This document shows positions 47,663 through 61,800 of a stretch of DNA of 64,000 nucleotides, one piece after another (position 1 is the first letter of the stretch; every line of letters begins with the position of its first letter). The translations under genes and the position numbers were made by a program. The notes below the pieces were generated by a model. It had not been told where the DNA came from. It made no database searches and saw only the letters and a program-made list of their open reading frames with translations. Origin of the DNA: Paraspadella gotoi (lineage: Eukaryota; Animalia; Chaetognatha); assembly GCA_051294375.1 (NCBI GenBank), contig CM119268.1, positions 13,651,037 to 13,715,036 on the forward strand. Reading direction: 5' to 3'.

Positions 47663-47775
47663 AACCCGTTTCCGATCTCTCACTAGTTCTCTCAAACCGG
47701 GTAGCCTCTCCTCTATTTACCCGTTTCCGATCTCTCACTCGTTCTCTCAAACCGGGTAGCCTCTCGTCTATTAAC
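47663..47775 (+). repeat. ~56-bp tandem duplication
   Basis: ACCCGTTTCCGATCTCTCACT.GTTCTCTCAAACCGGGTAGCCTCTC.TCTATT occurs twice. Confidence 0.8.
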
Positions 47776-50677
47776 CTCAACCCAAAACCTCACCCGCCCG
47801 AACTTTCCCCACCCAACCCTCTCGCGCCGTTCTCACGTTCACGAAGATGGATTCACCTTCGAGCGATGATGACGCCATCCTTTCGGAAATGGGGCACGTC
47901 TTCGTCTTCCTTTTCCTCGTCGTCGTCGTCGTCGTCTTCCTCACAGTAATGATGAAATTTTTTTTTCTTTCTCGGCTCACGTCGCCGTTCCAACAATTTC
48001 TCCATAAAATTCNNNNNNNNNNNNNNNNNNNNNNNNNNNNNNNNNNNNNNNNNNNNNNNNNNNNNNNNNNNNNNNNNNNNNNNNNNNNNNNNNNNNNNNN
48101 NNNNNNNNNNNNNNNNNNNNNNNNNNNNNNNNNNNNNNNNNNNNNNNNNNNNNNNNNNNNNNNNNNNNNNNNNNNNNNNNNNNNNNNNNNNNNNNNNNNN
48201 NNNNNNNNNNNNNNNNNNNNNNNNNNNNNNNNNNNNNNNNNNNNNNNNNNNNNNNNNNNNNNNNNNNNNNNNNNNNNNNNNNNNNNNNNNNNNNNNNNNN
48301 NNNNNNNNNNNNNNNNNNNNNNNNNNNNNNNNNNNNNNNNNNNNNNNNNNNNNNNNNNTTTTTTTTTTTTCTGATGCTCACGCCACGCTTGGGTGAGATT
48401 TTTGAAAACGTTAATTTATTTTTAAACTTTTATAAAAAAAAGTCAACTTCCATTCGTATTAAATGGAATTTTTAAAAATATTTTCCTTTTCATATGGTAA
48501 AGAACATTTAGTCTCTGTAAGAAAAAAAAAGATATGTAATTTCGCTTGTTTTCCAATTTCAAATTATTCAGTTTTTTTTATTTTCTACGCCAGTTTATTG
48601 ACTGATTGTTGTTTTATGTTTTATGTTTTATGTTTTATGTCAAATTGACAAATTAATAAAAAAAATTTACGAGGCAGCTCTTATGGTAAAGATGATTCTC
48701 TTTGCAAAAGATCTCGTAATACTGGGCTCATTAATAGTTATTAACGGCTACAATTAATGAAAAATATACCGCTTTTTGCCCGATGGCCTCTCAAATTGAA
48801 ATAATAACCACCGAAATAAAAAACAATTATCCTAGCAAAACATAGACTCGAAGCCTCGACATTCTGCTCGCTGCGCTCAATTTTATTTCCCTTTCATGGA
48901 TCTCGACTCTGTTTAACCGAAAAGAGGTTTGACCCTCATTTCCGGTTTTTTTCCCCTTTTTTTTCTCGCCACGCCCACTCTCATTTTTCCCCTTCCGTAC
49001 CACGCCCCCCGTTCTCGCCTCCCGCGGCGCCAACTTTCCATTTTCGCTATCGAAAGCGTTTGATCCGATCGACGTTCGAGAATGGAAACGAAAAACGACG
49101 ACGACGACGACGACGACGACAATATCTTTAAAAAAAAAGAAAGAACACTTTACCCACCTTACAGACCACAACATCGGTAAGCTGAGAATTCGCCGTCACG
49201 CTATCCAAGCGTCAAGGGAAGGCTCAAATGTACACGCGACACAATGAGAGAAAAATCAATATATTTCTGTCACAAGAAAAGGACAAAACAACGACAAGGA
49301 CAACAACAACTATAAAGCGTCGGTGGACCGTGACTTTTTCGCATACGTAGCGTCGGAATTATTGCCGGGAATCGTTATTGTCGAAACGGTAGTTTCTCAT
49401 GGAAACGTAAGCGCCGAAACTGTAGTTCCGCATGGCAACATTAGCGTCGGAACTGTAGCCTTGCTCCTGGATTTGCGTCGGCTTCAAGCTGCGTCCGTCT
49501 TATCGCAGTCGCGTTATTGATGGCCGTTTGCTTTCGCGGCAATCGTTGCGAACGCGGCGGGGTGGAAGAGAAAGTGGGGGGTGGGTGGGGATGGAATCAT
49601 GCCACCAATCAAAGTGGCGAGAGTCATGTCGTTGCGACAAATTGGTGTTCATACGTAACTAACTTAGTGTTTTTCTGTTGCAAGGATTCTGACGTATAAG
49701 AAGTTTTCGTCATTCCAATAAAATATTTTCTGCGCCTTTATGACAAGTTTAAAGTCTAATTTAGTAAAACAAGTAATCTTGCAAAACATCGTTACAACTT
49801 TTGTAATTTGCATTACCTTTTTAAATGTCAAGTGAAATTGTGTCTTTACTGCATTATTCTCGTTTATCAAGAGTGATTTGCTACTGATGAGGCAAAAGGA
49901 ATCTGCGATTGTGATACAAAAGAGAACTTTGAGTGTGTGACATTATATCTAAAATTTTTAGTAACAGAATGCAGCGATCAAAAAATGTCACGACGATGTC
50001 AGTGTCACGTGTTGGCCCTGTGACAGGGAGATTCTCGTCACGAAGCGCGTGAAGGCTTAACGAAGAGACGCGTGGGGATTAAATCGCGTCGCGTGGAGAT
50101 TCCGCGAGCGCTCGCGAGCGCCCGGCGGTGTATTAAGGGGGAAAGGCTATCAGTCGCCGCTGATTCTCTGTGATAATTCACAGTCGATATTCACTGATTG
50201 CGATAAAAACCATTAGCTGCGACAGAGATAACTCACGAAAGAGCGAAACCCTGCGTCTAGCAGATCTGGAAAAAAGGAATAAGCCAAGCATCGAGTTTTA
50301 AATAAATCCTAAAAGTATTTCCAAGCAAAATTCTCAAAACGAAATTCTTTACATTTTCTTTTTTTTCGGAAACAATTCATCTTTTGTTCTAATTTTGTTC
50401 TGTGGCTTTTAAATTAAGAACGTTAACAGTTAAACATTCTTTTTTCTCTGACTTTTTTATTATAATTTTTTTTAAACCAAATAACTGTATTTTCTCCTTA
50501 TTAAGTTATTTTACATTATTCTCAATTTATGGGAAAAAATGACTTTTTATGCGAAATATTATTTTTTCTCAGGATTTTTTTTTTCTTTTATTCTTGTTTC
50601 CAGTCCATTTGTCACAAGCTTTAGTTCCAGCGACAACTTGCGCCATTTTCCATGGCTCAAGCGCTCTGGGAAAATTT

Positions 50678-50714
<37 letters not shown>

Positions 50715-51109
50715 NNNNNNNNNNNNNNNNNNNNNNNNNNNNNNNNNNNNNNNNNNNNNNNNNNNNNNNNNNNNNNNNNNNNNNNNNNNNNNNNNNNNNN
50801 NNNNNNNNNNNNNNNNNNNNNNNNNNNNNNNNNNNNNNNNNNNNNNNNNNNNNNNNNNNNNNNNNNNNNNNNNNNNNNNNNNNNNNNNNNNNNNNNNNNN
50901 NNNNNNNNCCGCCATAGCCGTCCTTTTTATGAAACGCTAGAAAATTTTTTACCCTCAAAAAAAAAAGTTGGAACTGAAAAATGGAAGACGCGACAGTTTC
51001 GCAGAAGAACGGAAGAGGGCGAGAGAATCGCGATTTTTGTTCGACGAGAATTTCCGATCTTCGCAATTTCCTCTCACACGTTTTTGCTTATCGACAATTT
51101 TTTTTCATC

Positions 51110-51143
<34 letters not shown>

Positions 51144-52261
51144 GCTATTTGTCATCGTTGTCGCCGCCGTCCTCTTTGTCAACGGAGCTGTCACTCTTTT
51201 TCCCTTTNNNNNNNNNNNNNNNNNNNNNNNNNNNNNNNNNNNNNNNNNNNNNNNNNNNNNNNNNNNNNNNNNNNNNNNNNNNNNNNNNNNNNNNNNNNNN
51301 NNNNNNNNNNNNNNNNNNNNNNNNNNNNNNNNNNNNNNNNNNNNNNNACCGCCTCTACAAAAATGTCGCCCTCACTACACTTTTGTCGCCACTGAGGAAG
51401 AAACAAAAGTCAAAAACGCCAACTGCGCCGCTCGGCGGATGATGGATGCAACTTCGAAAAAAAAAACACAATTAAAAACAGTCTATTGACTACGACAACA
51501 AAAACTACAAGGTAAATGTCGACGCGAGGATAAATTTTGACGCCCTTTGTTTTAATTTATACAGCGATCGAAAATACGACTTGCCAAAAAATATTCTTTT
51601 TTAAATAAAAATTTTCGCTGTGAAATAAGAAACTTACTAAAAAATAAGAAGCTCTACTCACTCCTACGCGCTTCTCTATGTTTTGTTTTGTTTTTTTCAA
51701 AACAAATAAACAAAAGTCATCCCCCGATTCTGGTCGAGCGCTCGCGACTTCCATCCTAAGTTTCAACGCTTTTTTCGTGACTCCTCTCGTGTTTTTTTGG
51801 TCTCGTTGCAATCACGAGATTACAACTTTTAACTTCTCACCAGCCATCGTGAAACTGTGAACTTCCCCCCCCCCCTCGCTTCGACTCCCGTCGATTTCCC
51901 AACGGTCGACGACTCGGCGGACAACGAAACACAGAATTTCCAAATTTNNNNNNNNNNNNNNNNNNNNNNNNNNNNNNNNNNNNNNNNNNNNNNNNNNNNN
52001 NNNNNNNNNNNNNNNNNNNNNNNNNNNNNNNNNNNNNNNNNNNNNNNNNNNNNNNNNNNNNNNNNNNNNNNNNNNNNNNNNNNNNNNNNNNNNNNNNNNN
52101 NNNNNNNNNNNNNNNNNNNNNNNNNNNNNNNNNNNNNNNNNNNNNNNACGGTTAATATGCTAATGACTTTCCCTTAAAAGTTTTTTTCCTTCTCTCTGCA
52201 CGAATTCCACTCTCACCGAGAGGGAGAAGAAACTCTTTGGCGAACCTACCTCCTAAACTTA

Positions 52262-52320
52262 CAGACTCAAACCCAGAGACTCAAACCCAAAGACTCAAAT
52301 CCAGAGACTCAAACCGACTC
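52262..52320 (+). repeat. 14-bp minisatellite (AGACTCAAACCCAG) x4
   Basis: Directly visible. Confidence 0.75.
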
Positions 52321-52686
52321 CCAATTCCCACCTCCCTTTTTTTTTCAAAAAAGAAAAAAAAAGAAAAGAGTTTGGAGCGGAATTCTCAGCAGGAATACAA
52401 CAATTTGGAGTCTCCTGTCTCGTCAAGGACGACAACGACGACGACGACGACGACGATTGTCAGGGAATTTCTTTTCTTTCCCACCTGCTCGGTTCGGCGA
52501 CTCCAAGGACGAACTTACCTTTCCCCAACCAAAACACCGAAGAGGGGAATGAGAAACTCACCCTCGTTCCCGGCGAAAAACCAAAACTAACTCACTTTTT
52601 ATGACAGCGTCCCCACGTAAGGTGAGAAACGACGAAGACGCCTCTCCGTCGAACTCACCCGCCAACCGTCTACCGTCGCCGAAACG

Positions 52687-53021
52687 ATGGAGCTGATGCT
52701 TCGCAAGCTCCTCCTGCTCCTCGCCTTTTGCTCCACCTTCGCGCTCCTCGGCGTCTTTTCCTCCATTCCTCGTCAACTCTTCTCCTCAGTCAACCTCGTC
52801 GCGCCGGCGTCGCGCGGTAGCCTCAATACCCTCTACTCCGGTGACGACGCCGAGGCGCCGGTGATGACGCCGGCGGAGATGCGGCGCCTATTGGCGTTGT
52901 ACCACGCCGACGCCGCCACGCTCGGCGTCGGTAGGGAGTTTCTCTCGAATCCACACAACTTTTCCTTGTTGACGAATCAACCGTTGATGTGTTGGAGGCG
53001 GGGGACGGAGGACGGTAAGGG

Positions 53022-53069
<48 letters not shown>

Positions 53070-54485
53070 CTTTGTCTGCGTATTTTGTTAGTTTAATTGC
53101 GCGAAAAGTAATTTTTCATTCGTATTTATTTCCGCAATTTTACCCTCGCGCTAAATTTGTCTCATTTTCTCTTCCTTATTTTGTTAGGATAAAATATAAA
53201 AAAATTAGATTTTTTATAAATTTCGTTTTATTTGTGTTTTTCTGTTTAGCTTTTTTTTCTTCTCTCTATCTCTCTCTCTCTCTCTCTCACCCCTCTCTTT
53301 TCATTCTCTTTCTCTGTTTATATCCCTCCTTTTTTTCATTCTTCTCCTTCTGTTTACTTCTCTTTTCTTTCCTTTCTGTTTACCTCTCTTTTCTTGCGAG
53401 GGCGATTAGTTACAAGTCTTTTCTTTGCCCCTCGTTTTCAGCCCGAGACGCTTCTTTGCCTTTGTCGCTTCTTTTATTTTTCTTTCGCGCAAAAAACGAT
53501 TTGTTTGTTTTCGTATTCGAGTTTCGAGNNNNNNNNNNTATTTAAAGTTGTAAACTAACATCGCCGGATTATTAAACAATCATTTTGTTTAAAACCGTTA
53601 AACTAAGAAATGACTTTGAGAATTACGTTTGTACATTGTTTTTAATTTATCAAAATTTTCTAAACTGTCTGTTAAAGATTTTTCTTTTATTCTATTCGAA
53701 AAGAATTTCTTTCGTTTGAAATTTAATCAATATCTGTTTGGTCGTACAGATATTGAAAGACTCAGTAACCGACGCCGTGCTGCTGCAGGAACCGCGGCTT
53801 CAGTTTACGTCTTAAAACTCTTCTATAAAATACTTTTCTCTTTTATTAAAAGGAGTTTTCTGTCTCGCTTCTCTCTTTTGGCGCCACTTTTTTTTTCCGA
53901 ATGAAAAAAAAATTGAAGAATTTTGAAAAGACTATTTCTAGAATTATTTCTCCATCTCACCATAGCCAGAGGTTTATTTTTTCAATAGCATGGCTCATAT
54001 CGTATAATTTATGGATAATTGGATATACAACTTAAAATGGTAAAAATAACTTTGAAACTTTTGAAACTTCCACCTAAGAGGAATTAGAAAGAATTGAAAG
54101 TCATTCGGGATTTAAGCGGAGGCTTTTACGATCGATAACAAAGACATTTCACTTCTCTCATCCTTGGTTCTCGATCTCCATATTCGATTCAAGGCCATAA
54201 CATCTTCCTTTCCTCCTCCTCCTCTTCCTCCTTCTCCTCCTCTTCCTCCTCTTCCGTGTTTCACTCATCATCACAATTTATTCCTTTTTCTTTTTTTTCC
54301 TTTTTCAATTTTTTTTTTTATATTTTCTTTAACATTATTCAAATTTCGGCTGATATTTTCTTTCTTTAAAAAAAAATTACTCTCTGTTTTATTTACTTTT
54401 TCTTCACCTTTCATTTTTTCCGTCTGCGACTCGAGCTTTCTCTCTCTCATCTGGCGAATGTTTCATTTTATAAATTTATTCTTTT

Positions 54486-54548
<63 letters not shown>

Positions 54549-55842
54549 CAGCATTCTTTATTTCATAACCGCACCTGCGCCTCTGGCTTCTTATCTCTCC
54601 TTCTCACATGTCATATTTTTCTCTTCTATTTTTCTCTTCTAATCTTTTTCCGTTTATTATTCCGCGCCTTTTCCTTTCTTTTCCTCGTTTCTTCCTCCAT
54701 CGCCACCCTCCCTACCCTCTCTGTCTCCCTCTTTTCTTTTTGTCCTATCTCCTCGCTTCATCAGCATATTCTAGAAGCCCGAGTCTTTTCAACTTCGTAT
54801 TTTTCTTTCAACTTTAACTTTTCCCCTTCTTTTTTTTTCTCTTTGTGTCTCTCAATTTATAATCGAATGGGCGATAAATGATAGGCTGAAAATCGTTACA
54901 AGTGTTAAAACATGCCTTAAATCATCCAAGTTAACATTGAACACTTCTCATATAGACAAATATAAACGGTCCTTTTTTTTATCCTACCCTGGTAAGCCTA
55001 TTCTCTGAAAGGATTCGTCTTAAGATTCCCTTTTCATTTATGCATTGGCTGTCGTCGCATTAGTTGCTTGTTCTCCTTGTCTATCTTCCTGGTTTACGCG
55101 CACAGAATTGTGAACGGTTGGCCTCTAGCAATATATTTCACGAATATTCACATTTTCTATGGTCGGAATTGTGTTTCAAAAATGATGTGTAGTAGTTTCA
55201 GAAAGGATTTTTCCTTTTTTTAAAAAGTATAAATTCAACGAGAGACCAAGAGTCCCCACCTCCGCTTTCCAATCCGGAAAATAAATTCGCTGTTCAGGAA
55301 TGGAAATTTTCGTTTCCTGCTTTCACTGTGAGGGGCGGCGCTTGGAGCCAATGTGTCCCCCCCCTGCTTTTTACTTTTTACTTTTTTTTCGTCTCAGTCA
55401 TTCTGCAATTCAAAGTCGAGCAGCACACAGCACAGGACTGTACAGTGCACACTGCACACGTTTTTCATTCAACCTCGTCAAAGCGATTTTCAAATTTCGA
55501 TATCAGTCTTAAGTTCGCTCTGTCTCGATCTTTCGTCGCCTCGTTTTCGTGCCACTGAAACTGACAGCTTCTGGTTTAACCTTTTGCTTTCTTTTTTTTT
55601 TTTTTATTTGTTTACAATCTTCGTCGCCTTTCGCCCACGTTATTAAACTCGTTTCCCCAGTCGAGTTTCTATCTACTTTGCAGTTAATTTAATTCGCTGC
55701 GTTTGATGCGATAACGTAAGCGTATTAAAGCGAAATAACGCGCGAAGATAACCGATGGCAATAAACGCTTTATAAAGCTTGGCTTCGACGGATGGGCGTC
55801 AACGATAAAAGGCGAGGAATACAACGCCCCCATCTGAAGCGA

Positions 55843-55875
<33 letters not shown>

Positions 55876-58800
55876 AGACCACATTCCGTAGATCGTTTAC
55901 AAAGGGAACTAAATAACATCGCGTCCATTTCCAGTCCAGAGTGTGCTGTAATGAGAAGAACACAAGAACAAAGATAATAACCAGAAATGGGGGATGAGAG
56001 AGANNNNNNNNNNNNNNNNNNNNNNNNNNNNNNNNNNNNNNNNNNNNNNNNNNNNNNNNNNNNNNNNNNNNNNNNNNNNNNNNNNNNNNNNNNNNNNNNN
56101 NNNNNNNNNNNNNNNNNNNNNNNNNNNNNNNNNNNNNNNNNNNNNNNNNNNNNNNNNNGAAGAGACGAGATTCTCTCTCTTGCTCGTCTCTCTTCGTCAC
56201 TCTCTCTTCGCTCTCTCTCGCTTCACCGCTCGTTTCTCGTTCTAGCGCCAGAGTTATTGTTTGTTTACATCGGGTTGTTGCGATGTTTTTTTTTCGCGAT
56301 GCTTGGCCGTTTGTAGAGGATGTTTTGCTGGTCAGATCTTTGTTTGTTTATGTCTGCTATTTCTTTTTCATTCAGATTGACTTTTGTGATTTTGCGATTT
56401 TTTGATTTTTTTGACTGGTGAGCTTTTTCTTTACATCGGTCTCAGTTTTTTTCATTCAAGGTTGGAAGCTTCTTGGTCCGCTATCNNNNNNNNNNNNNNN
56501 NNNNNNNNNNNNNNNNNNNNNNNNNNNNNNNNNNNNNNNNNNNNNNNNNNNNNNNNNNNNNNNNNNNNNNNNNNNNNNNNNNNNNNNNNNNNNNNNNNNN
56601 NNNNNNNNNNNNNNNNNNNNNNNNNNNNNNNNNNNNNNNNNNNNNNNNNNNNNNNNNNNNNNNNNNNNNNNNNNNNNNNNNNNNNNNNNNNNTTTAGCCA
56701 AAAAATTCATGAAAACCTTTCTGAGGCGATAAATTTTCCCCTTCTTTTTTCCATTGCTATTTTTAGGCCTCCAAAAAGCCCGACAGGCGATAACTCAAAA
56801 AATCCCGGGCATTTCTGGGCCCCGCTCCACTTTCTCTCACCCTTTACCCCCTGAAGGCTTTCCAGCTTTTTTGTGCCTTCAGCATTAACTCTTAGTTTAC
56901 TTCCTAATCCTTCCTTTTGTGACGCTCTTCTTTGCCTAGAGATTTCACCTCATTTGACAAGTAAAAAGTAAAAACGAGCCATTCTGGTATTTTAAAACTA
57001 TCGTACCACTGAGATTTTTGTTATTTGTATTATTTCTTAAATATATACAGTTTAATTAGATTTTTTAACCTTACAATCTTGTCCTCCGACTTTATTAAAC
57101 TTTCAATCTCTCGAAAACAAACTTCACCTCAATAACACTTATAAACGAGTTCACCCTCTTCCATTATTTTTACTCACTCTACTTCCTTTCACGAGTTAAC
57201 CCCACCCTAACCTTTAACGAAATTCTATTCCNNNNNNNNNNNNNNNNNNNNNNNNNNNNNNNNNNNNNNNNNNNNNNNNNNNNNNNNNNNNNNNNNNNNN
57301 NNNNNNNNNNNNNNNNNNNNNNNNNNNNNNNNNNNNNNNNNNNNNNNNNNNNNNNNNNNNNNNNNNNNNNNNNNNNNNNNNNNNNNNNNNNNNNNNNNNN
57401 NNNNNNNNNNNNNNNNNNNNNNNNNNNNNNNNNNNNNNNNNNNNNNNNNNNNNNNNNNNNNNNNNNNNNNNNNNNNNNNNNNNNNNNNNNNNNNNNNNNN
57501 NNNNNNNNNNNNNNNACGCGTCGATATTTTTGGCGTCAGTCTGTCCCTTTTGACGGGCTTCTTTGTTTTCCTTGTATGAAAAGTTTTCAAAGCAGGTTAA
57601 AAACGGTCAGAGAGGAATTGACTGTGCAACGTAAAATGAAAAACTAGAATATGATTTATACGATTTTTTAAGATATGCAAAAACCCAGTGAAAGTAGACT
57701 TCCTTATTTGTTATAAACTACGGGAGATTATTATATTCATTAATTTACAGTACAAACAATGCTCTCGACAACTTTCCATTCTAAATTCCTCGCTCATTGT
57801 GACACCGAGTATCGCCTCTCTCCTTTCTTATTCCGTTCACGCTCTCGGTTCACTCTCCCGACCCTTAACCCCTTTTTTCACTCCTCTTTTCAGACTCACC
57901 CTCTGCTTCCCGCGTNNNNNNNNNNNNNNNNNNNNNNNNNNNNNNNNNNNNNNNNNNNNNNNNNNNNNNNNNNNNNNNNNNNNNNNNNNNNNNNNNNNNN
58001 NNNNNNNNNNNNNNNNNNNNNNNNNNNNNNNNNNNNNNNNNNNNNNNNNNNNNNNNNNNNNNNNNNNNNNNNNNNNNNNNNNNNNNNNNNNNNNNNNNNN
58101 NNNNNNNNNNNNNNNNNNNNNNNNNCCTTTCGTCGTCGCGCCGCCATCCGAGCCACTTGGGGCGCCCCGGAAGAGTTGGAGACCTACGGGGTTAAGGTGA
58201 GACTGGGGACTGGGGAGTGTATGATTGGATACGGATAGTGGGGATGGAAAGGAGTGGATAGTGGGGATGAGAAGAATTTGATAGTGGGGATGGAAAGGAG
58301 TGGATAGTGGGAATGGGAAGAATTGAATAGTGGGGACTATCACAATGGCAGATATACAGCACCGACAAAAAATTGAGAATGAAATTTAGGGTAAATTTTC
58401 ATTATCAAATTTTGTAGGAAATTCTTTCTTTTCGTTGTGCTTTGAATTTAGAACGTTTGAGTTTAGGAAAAACAACGATTTTTTTATTTAGTTAAAGCAG
58501 TGTACCTGTTTCGAATTGTATTTCAAGTGCTGAAGAAGACGTGAAATACAAATCGAAACAAAAAAAAATCGAAATAAAAAAAAACGTTGTTTATCCTAAA
58601 CTCAAACGTTCAAAATTATCAAATTTATACACGAATATAAAACACAATTTGCGAAAAAGCAATCGATTATGAGCCCAATCCAATGATTTAAATTGCAAAC
58701 GACTGGCTCCAATAGCGAGCAACGTAAAAGGTTTAAACACAAACCGACGTCATTGGTTTAAAAACTAATAGTGACGTCAGTAATTGAAACCGGAAGAGAA

Positions 58801-61800
58801 AGCTACGCCTACGCCGGGGGCCAAAAAGAAAAAAAAANNNNNNNNNNNNNNNNNNNNNNNNNNNNNNNNNNNNNNNNNNNNNNNNNNNNNNNNNNNNNNN
58901 NNNNNNNNNNNNNNNNNNNNNNNNNNNNNNNNNNNNNNNNNNNNNNNNNNNNNNNNNNNNNNNNNNNNNNNNNNNNNNNNNNNNNNNNNNNNNNNNNNNN
59001 NNNNNNNNNNNNNNNNNNNNNNNNNNNNNNNNNNNNNNNNNNNNNNNNNNNNNNNNNNNNNNNNNNNNNNNNNNNNNNNNNNNNNNNNNNNNNNNNNNNN
59101 NNNNNNNNNNNNNNNNNNNNTGTTTTGAGGAGTCGTAAATGGATGGAGAGGAGGGACGATGGAGGATTTCGATATGGAGCAAGTGGGCGAAGAAGGAAAG
59201 ACGCTTTTCAAAAGTCATCGACAAAATGGTTGAAGATTTGGAAAAAAAGGTTATTGAAATTTAGAGGATTAAAAAAGTTGGTTAGGGAAAAAAAAGGATA
59301 TTGGGTGGGGTGAAACGAAGGAGGTCCGAGGATGGTAAGGATGAAGATGTGAAAGNNNNNNNNNNNNNNNNNNNNNNNNNNNNNNNNNNNNNNNNNNNNN
59401 NNNNNNNNNNNNNNNNNNNNNNNNNNNNNNNNNNNNNNNNNNNNNNNNNNNNNNNNNNNNNNNNNNNNNNNNNNNNNNNNNNNNNNNNNNNNNNNNNNNN
59501 NNNNTTAAGATCTGTGAATGTGAAGCTTGAAATAAAACTGTCACGGACGTAGATGTCGTTTTATTGTGACGGGAACGGTGAGAAAAAAATTTACGATTTT
59601 TTACAGACATAAAGACGATGATTTCCCTGCAGCGATGGTTTCTGTTATGAGGTTATGTCGAAATCAAAAATGAAATAGTTTTCTCGGTTATTGTTCGTTT
59701 CGAGACTTGGCGGAAAAGTTATTTTTTTAGGGAAATCCAATCCCGACCAAAATTTTTTTCCCGTGAAATGTTATCGCTTTTTTTTTTTTTTAACCAAGCT
59801 GTAACTCTGTCTGTGTTTACGCTAAGTTTTTTTTTTCCCGCTCACAAAATTAAACATTATTCGCGAATTTATAAATAAATCTGGTTTCCGCTCTGACGAC
59901 GATTTGACTTTTACGATCGCCGCACGAGGGCGGAAGAGTTGAACGCGGTTCGCCATGTTTTGAATGTTTAAGACTCTGGAGCTCGAGCCGGAACGCCGAG
60001 GTCGTGGATATGATAATGAGGGTTGAATTTTAAGAATTCTGTGATTCGGTGAAGCGTGAGAAAAAGAGAAGTCTAGAGTGGTGAAAAAAGTTTCGTTCAG
60101 ATGTAGTAGAATTGTACATAAGCGTTTGTTTTGGCAAACGTTTCTAAAACCAGAAGTTGAAACTTCTAAACAAGATATCCTACGCCATGCAATTGGTACA
60201 ACCAATAGAAAAATTATCTATAAATTTGATAAATAAGCTATCTTGCCACTAACTTTGAACAGGCTATGGTGGCTTAAGGCCTTAATCCCTCTTACAAGAT
60301 TATAAAATAGCAGGACCCTGCAATTTTTTAATCCGTACTCTCTCAGTCTAGTTTACCGAAAATGGAAACGAAAATTGAGAAAATCGAGCTCCTGACATCT
60401 TGAATACCTAAGTTTAAAAGGTCAATTAAATATGAAAGACACTATATTTCCATTTAAATATTAAACGGATAAATCTAAACATTCGACTCGTCACACGTTT
60501 CGTTCGCGACACGAGACTAAAAACGTCGAGTCTCGAATCGAAAAAAAAGAACCCGATTTTTCGAAGAGAAAGAGGATGTGATTTTGTGGGCGGAGTCGTC
60601 GGGGTGAAGGTCGTCATCCGGGGTCAGATTCAATCCTTGGGCGAGGATTCAAACCGGCGAGGCATGAATAGGTAGGAGGCCACTCTCAAAATGGTGAGGT
60701 CTTTGCGGTCGTCGTCGTCGTCTTCAGCGTTATCGTCATCGTCGTCAGCCTCATCGTCGACATCGTCGTTGTCGTCGTTGTCGTCGTGGGTCTTCGCGTC
60801 GATTTAGTTCAAGAAGTCAACCATTTCTTGAATCTTTTTTTCGTTCGTTTGTTTGTTTGTTTGTTTGTTTTGTTTTTGTATTTTTAAGGTGGAGTGCATG
60901 TTACGCTTTTTAAAATTTTGTTTACATAAAAGGTTTTTTAGTTTGTAACTTTTCCTCAACAAATGGCAGTGCAAGTTTTTTAAAGAATCTTTCTTGGACT
61001 TTCCCCTTTCAATTAAATCTCGAGTCAAAAGGGTTTTTTTTTTTCCGGACTGTCAACCCAAATATCCGAGTGCGACGATGTCATCAGAATGTTTTGCTCT
61101 CTTTCACCGTCGCCGCCGGGGACGAGAAGTTTCTTCCGATTCCAGAGTTCGTTGTCCGCCTCGAGAAGCCGAAGGGTCGTTCTCGTGGAAAAGATAAGGT
61201 GAGGTAAAGGAAGAGGAGGTGAGGTAAAAAGAAACGGGGTCAGAAGGAAGGAAAGGAAAGGAAGAAGAGTTTTGACGGAAGGAGATGAAGAGGCAGCGTT
61301 GTGATTTGAGACGGAACTATCGCGGATAGAGATTGTGTTGATGAAAGATGAAGACGAAAGACGAGATGATTAGAGATGAATGGGTAAGGCAGACAACGCG
61401 TTGATTTCAAGAAGACGTATCTTGAATAATTAAGGCGATTTGATTCCGTTTCACGATTCAATTTTCTTTTCTCCTCCATCGGCCCGTCTCTTTTGGTCCT
61501 TCTGGTTCCGATGCCGCTTCTTTTCGTGAACCCAACAACCTCTTTCGATGCCTCCACTGGGAAAACCTAGAGTTTTAAACCCTTGAATTTGACCCGTTAC
61601 GTCATGTTACCTCTACCCTTTACCTACCCTCCCGACTCCCACCTGACTCGCCCCATACTCGCGTTAGACCGGAAGTGACGTTGATAAACGACGTCGCATC
61701 AAATGAAAGGAAAGAAAAGCGGAGACCGAAAAACGGATTTAGCCGCTTCGATAGGCGAGGGGGGGGGGGCAATGTAATTAAACTCAATGAACGGTGAGCA

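Noticed and set aside
49880-49915. CTGATGAG hammerhead-ribozyme-like core
   Set aside because: No stem II closing into GAAA and no matching stems I and III.
60690-60807. Ser-rich (plus) or Asp-rich (minus) reading of a GTC tract in a GT31 intron
   Set aside because: Triplet microsatellite without splice-supported continuation or a proper start.
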